Below the pieces are notes generated by a model, which saw only the letters and a program-made list of their open reading frames with translations, was not told where the DNA came from and ran no database searches. A stretch of 63,808 bases of DNA, counting the filler, from Olpidium bornovanus S191 (taxonomy: Eukaryota > Fungi > Olpidiomycota): the NCBI GenBank assembly GCA_017911155.1. It is 32 parts of 32 records of this genome, joined end to end, with 100 filler letters (N's around TTAATTAATTAA, not from the genome) between each part and the next. Parts side by side here need not be neighbours in the genome. Positions count along the whole stretch, not along the records: positions 12,650 to 14,776 come from JAEFCI010001433.1; positions 14,877 to 17,309 come from JAEFCI010010857.1; positions 17,410 to 21,272 come from JAEFCI010001796.1; positions 21,373 to 23,660 come from JAEFCI010004948.1; positions 23,761 to 24,962 come from JAEFCI010011546.1; positions 25,063 to 26,291 come from JAEFCI010003661.1; 26 more parts are not named here. One strand, written 5' to 3'. Positions 12,550 through 25,583 of this stretch are shown piece after piece; the stretch's first letter is position 1; the number at the start of each line of letters is the position of its first letter. A program made the position numbers and the translations under genes.

Positions 12550-14876
12550 NNNNNNNNNNNNNNNNNNNNNNNNNNNNNNNNNNNNNNNNNNNNTTAATTA
12601 ATTAANNNNNNNNNNNNNNNNNNNNNNNNNNNNNNNNNNNNNNNNNNNNCTGAGCATTGCGAAACTCGTCCGACGACACCGACGTTCAGGATTCCGGGGC
12701 AGCGTCACTGCCAACGGAGAGCGAGAGGTGACGCCAGCGGAGAAGGAAAGAGATATGGAGATTCCCATGCGGACAAGACGAGCCGGGATTCGGAGGTGGT
12801 ATAGTCTCCTGGCCAAAATCATTGGGAAAAAGCCGCCGCTCCAGCAAACACTATGGCAGTCGGTGCGCGTTCACTGGGGCGGTGCTTTCCGACAGGCTGT
12901 GGCGAATGCTCATTTCACTATAACACGGAACATACCTTTTCTGCTTCGCAAACCTTCCCATTTCGCACCGCCGCTCTCGCTTTGGGTTGCTTTTGTTATT
13001 TTAGCATCCCCGAAGTTTGTGGTCGGCTAGAACTACTGCGAGAAATATTCGGGTTCTCGCGGTTGGCGAAGACGAGGTTCTGGGAACGCTGTTCTCGGGT
13101 CTCTGCCCCCGAGGTCAAAGTTCTTGATGTTGACGACGTGGAATCAACGGCTTCGGTGTTGTCGAGGACCTTATCAACATCAGTTTCTTGAAGGCCGTGT
13201 TGCTGTCAGAGACGGAAATGAAATCCTCTTCATCTTTCGAAGTTCGCGAATTTGCGGTTTTATTTTAAAGAAACGAACTGTACGGGGCCACGCAGGAGCG
13301 CCCCGCCCCGACAGCTCGGGCACCGCGCCCGCGGCGCGTTTGCATAAACACGTTGCGAAACACTTCCGCTTCCGCGAGATCGCACACTGCCGTGCGGGGC
13401 GCTGAGGCTGTGACACTGTTGCCCGGGCCACCGCGAACCTCGCCTGATGACGCGGCACAGCTCGGCTACGGCGGCAATCTGCGCTAAAGTCGTTTCGGGA
13501 AAGGGCAGGGAAGAACTGGCCGTGAACACGGGCTTGGCGCATTTGCCCCGGTTCCCGCAATGGCGAAACCCGCCCGCCGCGTCTATAAAACGCGCGAATG
13601 GGGGCGCGCGCGTGAGTGCGGGCGGACTATGACCGGGGCCGCGATCCCTCGCGTGTGTGTGGAGTCGGACCTTGACTTCGACGCGACCGTGGTTTGCCGC
13701 GCGGGGGACGGTCAGGCAGGCGAAGGGCGCACCCTTTTCAGCCATTTTCGCGTTTGGGGCTCTTATTCCGCAATGCGCACCCAAGTTTGGTTTCCGACTC
13801 CGATACCGGCGTCCGTGCCGTCGGCGCCAGCGAAACGCTCGGCACCATCTCAGGGTGCGCGGAGACAGCGGGTGCTCGGCGGATCGCCGGCGGCATCGGC
13901 ATATTGGGCGCCGCCCGAGCGACGGACCCGCGGCATCAGGCACAATCCGCAGCGTGCGATGCCCGTCCGATGCCGCTTTACGTATGCCCCTGAAAAAGCG
14001 CCAGTGCTTGTCTTATGGGCCGCGTTGCGCCGCAGAACGCCGTTTGCGGCGCTGTGCGCCAAAAAATCCCGTATTCTCCTTTGCGCACACCGTTTTGTCC
14101 CCGCAGTCCTCCATGGCCCCAACTAAAGGCAAATCCTTCGCGGAGCGGCACCCGCGGCGGAAATTTCCCTGCGCGTTGTTATGAAAAAAAGACGCTTGGA
14201 CAGACCTGCGGCGCCGTGCGTACGAAAATAAGCCTCCGACCCGGTTGGCGTGCGGGAAAAAAATGCTCCAAAGCTTTCTAAAGTCAGTCCTTTTAACGGC
14301 ATTGGCCGGTGCCGGGCGACGCTCTCCTACGCAGAGGTCGCCAAACCCCCCCGCCTCCCCTCCCTCCGCGGTCGCAGTTATCTACGTAACGGAAGGCTGC
14401 CGCACCTGCAGCTTATCCTGCGGCGGTCCCCGTGAATCGCGTTCACTTTTTGATAGACTTTGGCTTACAATTGAGTCTAAATTGAGTGATTCTCGAGTGT
14501 GTAGGACAACCTCGGCTTCTAAAAGCAAGAAGGAGTTCTCTTAGCATGCTTCAACTTTCGCGTTCCCGCTTTCAGGTTAAAATCAACCCCTTCCTCCCCC
14601 GGTTCGTTGCCTGGAGGGGCCCATCACCAAAAATCTCATCAGCATGCGGCCCGCCGGCATGATATTTGAGAGGGTGAAACTGGCGGCTTCACACGGGGGT
14701 TATTTGCCTCTGTCTGTGAGGCCTGACAGAAACATCTGGGCTGCAAATTCGCGGATCTGCTCCGGTCAGCACAGCANNNNNNNNNNNNNNNNNNNNNNNN
14801 NNNNNNNNNNNNNNNNNNNNTTAATTAATTAANNNNNNNNNNNNNNNNNNNNNNNNNNNNNNNNNNNNNNNNNNNN

Positions 14877-16920
14877 GCCCGCTTTTTCTTGCTGTTTCCC
14901 GACGTCGGAATCGAATACTTGTACCACGCGCTGCTCTTTTGCGCTCGCTTCCGCTCGCGCGCCGGCTCCTGCGTCGCCGGGGTCTTCGCCGCCATGGCGG
15001 CGAACGACTGCCGGTTGGGAGGCGTCGGGGTCGCGGCCTCCGCCAAAATCTCGACGCAGGCGTCCGGGAACCAGCCCGTCTTGGCGTCTTTCGTCCCCAG
15101 GCCTGCGACGCCCCTCCACCAGCCGCCGCCGCGAGCCTCCAAGACGACGACGACGCTGCCGACTTCCAGGGTGAGCTCGTCCGGTTTTCGGCGCTCGTAG
15201 GCGACGGTCGTCCTGGCCTTCGTTCCGGGAAGAACGGTTTCCGTGGGCTTGGCGGGCGGCGGCCCTTCCGCGCGACCCCCCGCGGTCTGGCCGGCCCGCT
15301 TTTCCGCGCTGATGGCGGCCGTGGCGGCGTACGTCCTTGGCAGCGACGGCGGCCTGGTTTCGCTACTGCCGGCATCTCCCGAAGACTCCTCCGCCGCGGA
15401 CTTCTCCCCTTTTCCGGTGTGGCCCTCGGATCCGCGGCTGGCGCCCGTCGGACCCGTCGTCGGCGTACGCGTCGGCTCATGGGACGCCTCCCGATTTGGA
15501 GTGTCCTGCTCTGCTGCCATGACCTCGACCAGCGCGGCAGGGAACCATCCGGTCTTCGCCTTTGCTGCGCCGGATATGACCGTTCCATTCCACCATCCGC
15601 CAAGCGGAGCTTCCAGGACCTCAACAACCGTTCCGACCTCCAAAGCGAGTTCGTCCGCCTTTTCCGGGTCATAGGGGTAGGCAGCGCACACTCTGACACC
15701 GGACAGCACTGTCCCGTGTTTGGTTCCGCCGACCGACGGTTCATCCCGGGAGTCGCTACCGCCGATCTCATCCCTCTGAAAAAAAAGCGGCAGGGCTCAG
15801 CACTGACGCTTGCCGGTCTTCAATGAAAAAAAAAAAAATGGCGGGCGCCGGCGAACGGGTCTTACGCTGCTCCCGGGGCCCAGGCGACGTTCCGTGGTTT
15901 CCATCGTGTCACGTGGAAACGGGATATCCGCGTTTGATGGCGGCTTTTCTCCCGCGGTTGTGATGGCTTCGTCTAAACGTCGGGCGTTCGAATCCGCGCT
16001 TCTTTCCGGCACCTCCTCCGAAGTCACCTCCGAAGTCATTACGTTGGTAGCAGACCTGTTTTCGATTATCACTGAAAAAATTTCGGTCGTCAGGCCTGAT
16101 TTATCGTTCTGGGCGCAAACACCTAAATTCACCTCGGGACGTTACCTCCGTTCGAGGAGGGCTGCTGAAACGCGCTCCACGGCGAGTCGGCGTATGCGAA
16201 GACGCGGACAAATCCGGCCGGGAACCACCCGCTTTCGGGGCCTGCCCTTCCATTCCACCAGCCGCCGACGGGAGCTTCCAGAACTTCGATGCGTTTTCCT
16301 TCCTCCAGGGCGAGTTCGTCCGCCTTCGTCGGCGTATACGGGTAAGCCGCAACAACTCTGGTTCCAGGCGGCACGGTCTCAGGCGTCGGCACAGTCCCGT
16401 CTGCCGCATAATTTATTTGGTTGAGCGGATTTTCCTTGTCGTTTTTCGCCGTCTGGGAGGACGCCTTTTGGGGGCGTAGTTAGGTCATGTCACGCCATTG
16501 AACTCTCGTCGTCCCGAAGTCTCCGGCGGTGTGCTTCTACCTCCCAACCGGTGGCCCCTTCGCTGCGCAAGAGCTCCTGGTCGCTTCCGGGCCCTACCTC
16601 CGGATTTGCGGCCTTTCCCGTGTGATGATCGGCCGGATTATCACGGGTTTCCGTCTCTGCGCCGGCGGCCTCTTTCTGCTGCGCGAGCACGTGAATGTTT
16701 TCCGCCCTTTTTGTCGCCGTTCTAGCGGGCCGCCTCCGGCACAACGGCTGGGACTCGGGTTCCTACCTCCACTTCGACAATCTCGCCGGACACGGCCAGA
16801 TGATCCTGGACCGGCCTTTCATCTCGAGCGATCCCGCCTTCGCGCAAGCCGCCTGGACCGCCCCGGTTCTCCGCAGCGAGCGCCTCGCGCTCGCGCAAGT
16901 CGGTCTGGTCATTTTGGATA
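14877..16920 (-). CDS. Multi-SH3 scaffold protein (three SH3 domains), fragment
   Basis: Three copies of AY...K.DEL.LE.G...VLEA..GGWW.G...GWFP...V at ~16392-16200, ~15710-15515 and ~15240-15045. Confidence 0.9.
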
Positions 16921-17418
16921 TCTAACCGGGGTGCCGAGTTGCGGGATCAGCTGCGGGCGACGATACGACCGGCTGTGCGCACTTGCGCGGGGAGTCCTTT
17001 GGTCCCCCCCCCCCCCACCCCCCACCAAAAGTTGCACCGGTTGTCTCGGCGTTCCCCAGGCGGGGGTTTAACAAAATCCTTCGTTGACGGCCGTATGCCT
17101 CACCTGCGGCAGAGCTTTCCCGACTCTCGCAGATCAGATCCGCCGGATCCGGGAGACGGCCCCGGGCAGCCGTTCCAGGGCCCGCGTTCGTCACCGCACG
17201 TTCGTCGGCGGCGGTTGCGGCGCCTGCAGACAGGCAGTCCACCGCGCCCAGCTGCGACCGGCGGTGCGGGAGGGAAGAAAGGGGGGGGGGGGGGGGGGGG
17301 TGGCCCCGCNNNNNNNNNNNNNNNNNNNNNNNNNNNNNNNNNNNNNNNNNNNNTTAATTAATTAANNNNNNNNNNNNNNNNNNNNNNNNNNNNNNNNNNN
17401 NNNNNNNNNCTCGCGCGC

Positions 17419-17456
<38 letters not shown>

Positions 17457-17505
17457 CCCCCCAAGGGGGGGGGGCTGGGGCCTTCCGGGGGCCCTTCGCG
17501 CGGTG

Positions 17506-17541
<36 letters not shown>

Positions 17542-17856
17542 GCAACGGGTCGCGTGGGGAGAAACGGGAAGAGGCGGCAGAGGGCGCGCGCCGCATCACC
17601 GCGCGTCCGCCGGAGTTGTTCCCTGAGGCGGCGACGTGCGCGGCGGAAAAGCGGAGAAGATGAGGGAATCCGGCCCGGGCAAGTGTTTTTTTTTTTTTTT
17701 TTTTTTTTTCCGTTTTTTTCTTTTCGCGTTTCCAGGGATGACGGGGAGGGTGGGGGAGGGGGGAAATTCGATCAAATCTCGGAATTTTTGCGACCGAAAA
17801 AAAAAAAAATTTCTCCGCGGCTGGACCGGAGGGGGGAATCCGCCCCCGCCCTCCCC

Positions 17857-17908
17857 CCCGGCCCGAACCCCGGCCCGAACCCCGGCCCGAACCCGGCCCG
17901 AACCCGGC
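17857..17908. repeat. Minisatellite (CCCGGCCCGAA[C]) x ~4.5
   Basis: Direct tandem copies visible. Confidence 0.8.
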
Positions 17909-18270
17909 TGCCGGTGTCACTCACGCATCCCCCTCTGCGGACAGTAACGTGGCCCCGGCCCGAGCAGCGAGCGGCGCCTTCGCCTTCCTCTGTGCTCTCT
18001 CTGCTCTCTCTGCTCTCTTTGCTCTCTCTGCTCTCTCTGCTCTCTCTCTCTCATCTCTCTCTTTCGCACTCTCTCTCACTCTCTGCCTCTCTCTCTCTCT
18101 CTGTCGCCCGCTCTTCCTGCGCGTGCGGCAGCAGCGCCTCCCCGTCGCCTCTTCCGTTCTTCTCGTCGGCCGAGCCGGGAACGCTCCCGCTCCCGCCACA
18201 CTCCCCCCCCGCACCCTCCCCGCGCGCCGCATCTCCGACGTCCACGCTCGCCCTCGCCACACCCGCCCCG

Positions 18271-18301
<31 letters not shown>

Positions 18302-18344
18302 CCCGCCCCCCCCGCCCCGCCCCCCCCCCCCCCCGCCCCCCCCG

Positions 18345-18400
<56 letters not shown>

Positions 18401-18596
18401 CCCAAACGCACGCCCGGTAGGCACCGCGCCCGCGCGCCATCCTTCCCGGCCCGCGCCACAGGCGCCCGGAGCTGCCTTGCCGGCTGCCTCGTTGCGGCCG
18501 CTCTTTGCACGCGGCGGCCCCGACCGATAAAAGGCCCCGCGCGTTGCGCTGCCTCGCCCGGGTGCCGACGCCACCGCGGGCCGCCGAACGGCCTTC

Positions 18597-19057
18597 TTGC
18601 GCATGCCGTCGTCAACGTCGCCCTGGTATCCCTCGACGCCGTCGTCGCCGTCGTCCTCGACCTCGTCGTCGTGGTCGGCCGCCGCCGCCGCGTCGCCGGG
18701 CGGCGCCGGCGCGGCTTCGCGGTTTGGCGCCGCGGCGGCCTGCGTCGATCCCAAGGGCGGCGGAGGTGCTGGAGGCGGAGCAGGATGGGGAGCCGGGTGC
18801 GGCGTCGCGAACGGCGCCGGCATCGGCAGCGGCGCCCCGGGGCCGCGGAAATTTTTCGGCGGGGGAGCGGCCGGGGTTGAACGCTGGCAGAACGGCACGA
18901 GTGTGCACGACGGCGCTCCGCGGCTTGCCGCCGCGGGCCCCGACCTGCCGCCCCGGTGTCTGCGGCCGCTGCGGACGTCGCCTCCTCCGCCCAGGAGCAC
19001 CGGCGAGGAGAGGGAGCGCCGTCAGACCGGCCGTCACTCGGCGCGCAACGGCGACCT

Positions 19058-19089
<32 letters not shown>

Positions 19090-20480
19090 ACCGAGGCCCA
19101 AGGGACTCGCCGTTCTTCGCTAGGAAGTCTGTCGCCCCTGGTGCGGAAACTCGCGACAGAGGAAAAAGTCTTGCGGGCGTCGCCCCGGCGACGGCAGGCG
19201 GCGGCCTGTGGGACGGTTTCCTGCCGTACGGTCACAGCTGGCCGACAATCCTCGCCGTCGTGCCGCCGCTCGGCAGCGTCTTTTTCGGCAACAGCGACGC
19301 GTGGTCGGACTTCCTGTTGATCTCCTTGGTCGCGATCTTCCTGTACCACGTAACCAAAGGTGTGTGGACCGGAAAAGGGGGCGCTTCGTTTCGTGCCGTG
19401 CTTGAGGCAGCCCGTTGTGTGCGGCACGGCGAAATTCGGGCGAGCACGGGCGTGCTTTGTCTGACCCCCGGCAGTTCCTGTGAAACAGTTCCGTGGGATC
19501 TCTATTACGCGGCCGCGGAACGGGTCGCGGCGGCGGAGTCCCACATTACGAGGGCGACGGACCAGCCGGACGGCCAAGCGGACGTCCGCGGGGAGCAGGC
19601 CGCGGCGTCGCTGCGGCGGCAGAAATACATTTTGCTGCTTCTGGTCGTCCTCTCGCCGCTTTTCGGCGGCTGGCTGCTGCACGCGGCCAGGGCGTCGCTT
19701 TCGGAGTACGACAAGCACTTCAGCAATTTCAACGTTTTCATCTTTGTCATGGCGGCCAGCATCCGGCCGCTGGCGCACGTCGTCGCCCTGGCGAAGTGGC
19801 GGGCGCTGACGCTCCAGCACCAGGCGCACTTCCCGCACTCGGAGGTGGACCTGCTGAACCAGCGGATCAGGGCGCTGGAGGCGGAGCTGGCGTCACTGGC
19901 GGAGGCGGCGGCGTCCACTCGAAAGGCGACCGAAGACGCGACCATGGAGGCTGTCGCACCCGGCCTGGAGCAGCTCACCAGGGCCATCAAGAAGGGAGAG
20001 CGGCGGGACGTCTTCCTGAGAGGCTACTCGGAAGAGAGGTTCCACCGGCTGGAGAACCGGGTGCGCGAGCAGGAGAAAGTGCTCCAGCTGGCCGCCGTGC
20101 AGATCACGACCGTGCGCGCCATCGTCGATCACCTGGCGTCGATGACGCAGGCCGGCGGCGAGGGGTGCGGGGGGTCTCCGCGGGAAGCGGACGGCAAGGC
20201 CCGGCGGCTGCTTCTGCTGCGCCGCCGGCCCTCGGCGTCCTCACTCCTCGCGAGCGCGGTCCTTTTGCCCGTCACGTCGGCCGCGTGGTTTTTGGGGATT
20301 GTGTTGCGCCGCCTGCCGGCCTGGACCTTCCTCTCGACCGCGCGGCCCGAGCTCCGGCCCGTCGCCAACGGCGGGCTGCGGCGGGACGGCGACGACGACG
20401 ACGACGACGACGAGCCGGCTCTCGCCGGGGATTCTCCGCGAGCGGGTCAACGCGGCCGGTCTTTGCGGCATCCCGGATAG
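18597..20480 (+). CDS. Conserved uncharacterised fungal membrane/coiled-coil protein (one intron ~19360-19487; start uncertain)
   Basis: ILAVVPPLGSVFFGNSDAWSDFLLISLVAIFLY / VPWDLYYAA, FSNFNVFIFVMAASIRPLAH and a coiled coil DLLNQRIRALEAELASL. Resembles a widespread fungal hypothetical family. Confidence 0.65.
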
Positions 20481-21009
20481 ACTGGCGCCACGCGGGAAGG
20501 AGAGGAGGGGTGAAGGGAGAAGGGGGTTATGGCGGCGGTTATTTCCTCAGCTTCCCTCTTTATAGCCTGTCTTCGACACGGAAGCTCCATCCTTTTCTCT
20601 TCATATTCTCTCGCCCCTTTCACCCCCCCCCCCCCCCCCCCTCCCCCCTTTCTTACCCCCACCCTCGGCACAGTCGGCACACGTTTTATTTCCTTCGGGC
20701 CGTCTTAAAGGCAAGGAAATGTTTCGATCCGCTGGATACCCCCCCGCAGATGGCAAAGCCTCTTTTTCTGCGCACCATCCCCCCCCTCACCCCACGCCCC
20801 GTCCTCCGCCTCCCCTCATCCCCGCAACCCTGCATGTTTTTTTTTTCGCCGTCGAAGCACTTACTCTCTACTGTACATATATCACGGAAACATCTTTTTT
20901 CCCCCACGCGCGGGGGCTTTTTTTTTTATGTCAGCGACGCACCTCCCCGCCTTCCGCAAACAACCTCTTCCTTCCCCCCCCCCCCCCCCCACCCCCCTTT
21001 TCTTTCCCT

Positions 21010-21272
21010 TTCGATTTTGGCGGCGGAAGTCGCGGTCTTGGAGGGTCCAGAGATGAGCATGTCATCCACCCAGACAAGAATGAAGACATCGATGGCCTTG
21101 TCGAGGAAAAGGCAAGGATCAAACAGTGATTGACTATACCCATTATGGGTCGTCAGGTGGCGGTGGACATCCGAGTACCAAGATCTGGCAGATTGCTTAA
21201 GGCCATAGAGGCCCTTCTTGACGAGATAAGCCTTGGATGGGTCAGCGCTTTCGAAGCCAGGCGGTTGGATAA
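21010..21272 (-). mobile_element. Ty1/copia reverse transcriptase fragment (WVDD variant)
   Basis: IQPPGFESADPSKAYLVKKGLYGLKQSARSWY...SQSLFDPCLF...ILVWVDDMLISG. Confidence 0.92.
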
Positions 21273-21474
21273 NNNNNNNNNNNNNNNNNNNNNNNNNNNN
21301 NNNNNNNNNNNNNNNNTTAATTAATTAANNNNNNNNNNNNNNNNNNNNNNNNNNNNNNNNNNNNNNNNNNNNCTTTTTTTTGTTTTTTGTTTTTTTTTTT
21401 TTTTTCTTTTTTGTTCTACGTTTCCGAAGGATGACGTTGCCTGGTCTTCCATCTCTTCAACCGGCCGTTCCAGG

Positions 21475-22261
21475 CGCGAGTCCGTGCTAACAGATCTCAA
21501 GGACAACACCGCACGGCCGCGCTGGAAGCTGAGCTCGTACGGCCCTTCCAAAGGGTCGCCAAATATGATAGAGCACACGGATCTGTCGCCGGAGGAGATG
21601 CGGTTGATGTACTACACGGAAATGAAGAGCCATCATAACAGCGTTAAATACGTACGTCTGCATTAGCTTTCTTTAACCACGTGCTCTCTCTCCAACCAGG
21701 GGCCGAATTTTTCCTCCCGTGCTGACGGTCACCCCGTTCTCAGTCGAACACCTGGTCGACGGCGAATCAGGCGATGGATAACGCCGTGAGCCAGGTTGTG
21801 CGGGATCCTTATGCGGCGTGGGACAGGGCGCAAGGCCGAGCCGGCGGGGTCCACCTGCAGCAGACCAACTCGGCGTTCGGAAACTCAGCTTTCCAAGGAA
21901 ACATCCAGCAGCAGCAGCGCTCTCCGTTCGGAGCGAAGGGCGCGTCGTCCGCCTTTGGACAGTCGGGGTCGGCCTTCGGCGGCGGGGGCGGCGCGTTCGG
22001 GCAGACGGGCGGAGGGGCGTTTTTGCCCGTGAAGCCCGTCTCCGCGTTCGGGCAGCCGGGCGGAAGCGCGTTCGGGCAGCCGGGGAAGCCCGTCTCCGCG
22101 TTCGGGCAGCAGCAGAGCGCTTTCGGTCAGCAGAGCGCCTTCGGCCAGCAGAGCGCCTTCGGCCAGCAGAGCGCCTTCGGCCAGCAGAGCGCCTTCGGCC
22201 AGCAGAGCGCCTTCGGCAAAACGAGCGCGTTCGGCCAAACCAGCGCCTTCGGCGGCAGTAC

Positions 22262-22293
<32 letters not shown>

Positions 22294-22766
22294 GATCAGC
22301 GTTTGGCCAGCCGAGTGCCCTGGGTGCGTCGACGACGTCGGCGTTCGCGCAACCAAGTGCGTTCGGCCAGCCTTCGGCTTCGCCCGCGCCGTCAGCTTTC
22401 GGCGGCCAAGCGGGCGCAACCGCGTTCGGCAAAGCGACTTCTGCGTTTGGCACGCCCCAGTCGGGAGCGACATCCGCGTTCGGGGGGGCGACCGCGGGTT
22501 TTGGCCCGGCGGCGACTTCCGACGGTCTTCCTTCCGGGTTCTACCAGCTGCGATCTCGCTGGGACGTCGGCAAGCCTACGGAACCGACGCCGACGCCGTA
22601 CGACTACGCGCCGCTGGACCAGGTATCCGCCGAGGACCTCGAACAGTTCGGCAGGCCTTACTTCGAAAGGGGAAAAATACCCGAGACCCCGCCGCCCGTT
22701 TACTGCTGCTACCTGGAGCACGACAGGAAGGCGGTCCTTGCGGGCAAGGCGGCCTTCGTCCATTGA
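21475..22766 (+). CDS. NUP42: FG-repeat nucleoporin AMO1/NUP42/NUPL2-like (5' truncated, one intron)
   Basis: RPRWKLSSYGP...DLSPEEMRLMYY, many SAFGQ repeats and a C-terminal FERGKIPETPPP motif. Confidence 0.85.
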
Positions 22767-23760
22767 GCAGTCAAGTGGAGTGCGGGCTGGGGGGGAATGA
22801 CGGTCGATGTCCGAACGTTCGGGCGCATATATACATATAATATACGAATAATACCCCTAGGTTTTTTTCCTCCTAATTTTCCCAGAACGCTGTCCGGTTT
22901 AACGCGAAGCAACAAAAAGAGGGAAAAAAAAAGATTGCGTGGCACGCCCTACGAATCACACGCAAACGGTCTCAAACGTTCTCTTTCTCTTTCTATTTCT
23001 CTCTCTTGTGAAATCCTTTACGCACACCCGAAAACCCTTCGCTGTTCATCTCCGGCTCTGTATCCTAACCCGTCGATCGTTTTTCCTCCAAAACGCGTCC
23101 GTAGATGTCCCCAGAGGGCGGCACGCTGGCCGTCGGTGGCAAATAAAAAAACGTAACACGCATTTCGGCAAACGATATCCCCCCCCCCTCCCCCCCCTCC
23201 CTCTCACCTCCTATCCCCCCCACCCCCAAAACCGGGATTGATCAGGGACCGTTTGCGGCCGGAAATAGAGAGCCCCGCCCGATCTGACTTGACCGGCGGT
23301 TCCCCGAGTCCAAAGTTCCTCGCGGCCCCGTTTTCGACGACGGGCGTATTTTTTTTTTTGAGACTGAGATGCAAGGAAGGACGGTCGCGACCGACGAAAT
23401 GCGGACATCATAACTCTCTCCCCGACGTCTTTCGTTCTCGACTCTCTCGCGCGCCCGCGCCCGGGGACGTTTCAACCCTCCCGGCCCGTCCGACTCGCCC
23501 CTCCTCTCCCCTCCTCTGCTCTGCTCTCCTCCCGCTTTCCCCTTCCCCCCTTCCCCCTTCCTCCTCCCCCCAACCCCGCCCGCCTCTCCTCCCCGTCCGC
23601 TTTGTTTTTTTTTTCATGCGGGTTGTCAGCGGACGGCGGGCGTACGGTCAAGAAAAAAAANNNNNNNNNNNNNNNNNNNNNNNNNNNNNNNNNNNNNNNN
23701 NNNNTTAATTAATTAANNNNNNNNNNNNNNNNNNNNNNNNNNNNNNNNNNNNNNNNNNNN

Positions 23761-23795
<35 letters not shown>

Positions 23796-23831
23796 AAAGG
23801 TTGACCAAGCAGATGAAAATATAAATAAGGG

Positions 23832-24962
23832 ACACCCACCGTCCGCAAACCCGAAGCTCTCGACGACGGGGAGCTTCGCCTTGATCATCCACCACGAAGT
23901 CCCCTCCTTCATGTCTTCGCTGAGCACCTTTCCTTTGCGCTTCGCGAGGACCGCGTACACCTTTCCGAGGACTTCCGCCTGCGCTTGTATGTCGCACGTG
24001 TACATCGCGAGCATGAGGCGCGGCGACAGGCTCATAAAACCCTGTTTGAAGGCCTCTTTCGCCAACGAGATGACTTGCCCGGCCAGCGGCACCGCTCTTC
24101 CCGCGTGGGCGGTTCGCCCTAGCCGAAACGCGTCCGCAGCAGAAACGAAGCCCACGTCAGCGCGGGCTTTGCGGGCGGTACACCCCGGGCGCGCGGAAAC
24201 CGGACGCATACCCTGTTCTTCGGGCTCCGCGCCGCTTTCTTCGGCTTCCGCGCCGTCGTCCGCGGCCGCCGGGACAGAAGAGCTGATGAAGAAATCGTCG
24301 ACGAAGTACCCCACGCCCATCAGCGGCTCGGCGCACAACGGGCCCGCGCCCGTGGCGAGCTGGAAGGCGGTGTTGATCGCCTCGTCGAATTCCGAGATCG
24401 GGTGGTCCTCCCTGCACTGGGCGCCGCCGAACTGGGAGCCGGACGCGACCGTCGAATCGTCGTCGTCGGCTTCCGGCGTCGGCGGCCGGGGTGACCCGGT
24501 TTCGTCGGCAACGCGGTCTTCGCGCTTCTTCGTAGGTTGGCGGATCCAGCTGAAATTGCGTCGGGTGGACGGCTAAATGAGCGATCCGCAAACCGGCATC
24601 ATCAAGGCTTGCACGAAAATGGAAACGACGTACGTCCTCCGCTTGTAGGCTTGAATGCCGTTAACAAGCATATTCGGCCCAATCCTCCTCGAGCCAAACG
24701 CCCATATCCTAGGGCCGGTATACGCAAGGGTAACGTGAGAGACAGCGACAAGAGTTTACTGAGCCAACTCTGTTGTCCGCCAAGACAACGTTCCCACCTG
24801 TCCACAGCTCCTTTCCAGACTTCCGCATCTTCGCCAGTTACCATCGCGAACTCATTCTGCAGCTCTCCAAGGAATTGGTCCAGAGACATCCTCTTGACCG
24901 ACATCCTTCCCTGGCCGTTTGCCGCGGCGCCGTCCTGTATCAGCGCGTCGGAGATGTCCATG
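23832..24962 (-). CDS. EFL1: Elongation factor-like GTPase EFL1/RIA1, internal fragment
   Basis: SINTAFQLATGAGPLCAEPLMGVGY, GQVISLAKEAFKQGF...PRLMLAMYTCDIQAQAEVLGKVYAVLAKRKGKVLSEDMKEGT...AKLPVVESFGFAD. Confidence 0.93.
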
Positions 24963-25081
24963 NNNNNNNNNNNNNNNNNNNNNNNNNNNNNNNNNNNNNN
25001 NNNNNNTTAATTAATTAANNNNNNNNNNNNNNNNNNNNNNNNNNNNNNNNNNNNNNNNNNNNCGCGGTCCGATCGCGATCG

Positions 25082-25116
<35 letters not shown>

Positions 25117-25513
25117 CCCCCCCGCGACGACGATGATCGCCCACCCGGCGGCAAGACGAACGCCACGGCCGCAAGGGCAGCAAGGTGAGCGCCTCGGCGC
25201 AACCGAAAACCCACTGGTCTCGGCGGCGCCCGTGACGACGATCGCCGTTGGAATAACCGCCCCCCCCCTCCCCCCTCCTTCAGGACGGCGCTTCGAAAAG
25301 AAAATAACGACTTCCGCGCTCGTCGTATATCCGGAACTGTCTCTCTTGGGGTTTCCTGTGCGCTCGCGCTCACTCTTTTGTTTATCGTCTCAGCCTGCAC
25401 CGACGACTTTTTTTTTTGAGATCGCGTCCTGATCGCGGCGGGACGGCGGGCTCTATTGCCCGGCCCGCAGTCCCGATAAAACCCCTCCGCGCCCGCGGCC
25501 GCAAAGAACTGCA

Positions 25514-25580
<67 letters not shown>
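25514..25580. repeat. (GA)n microsatellite
   Basis: Long AG dinucleotide run. Confidence 0.9.

Positions 25581-25583
<3 letters not shown>

Noticed and set aside
12650-14776. ORFs or ncRNA in this contig (also 34360-35580 and 40330-40950)
   Set aside because: No recognisable protein motif, tRNA, snRNA or snoRNA box pattern was found by eye.
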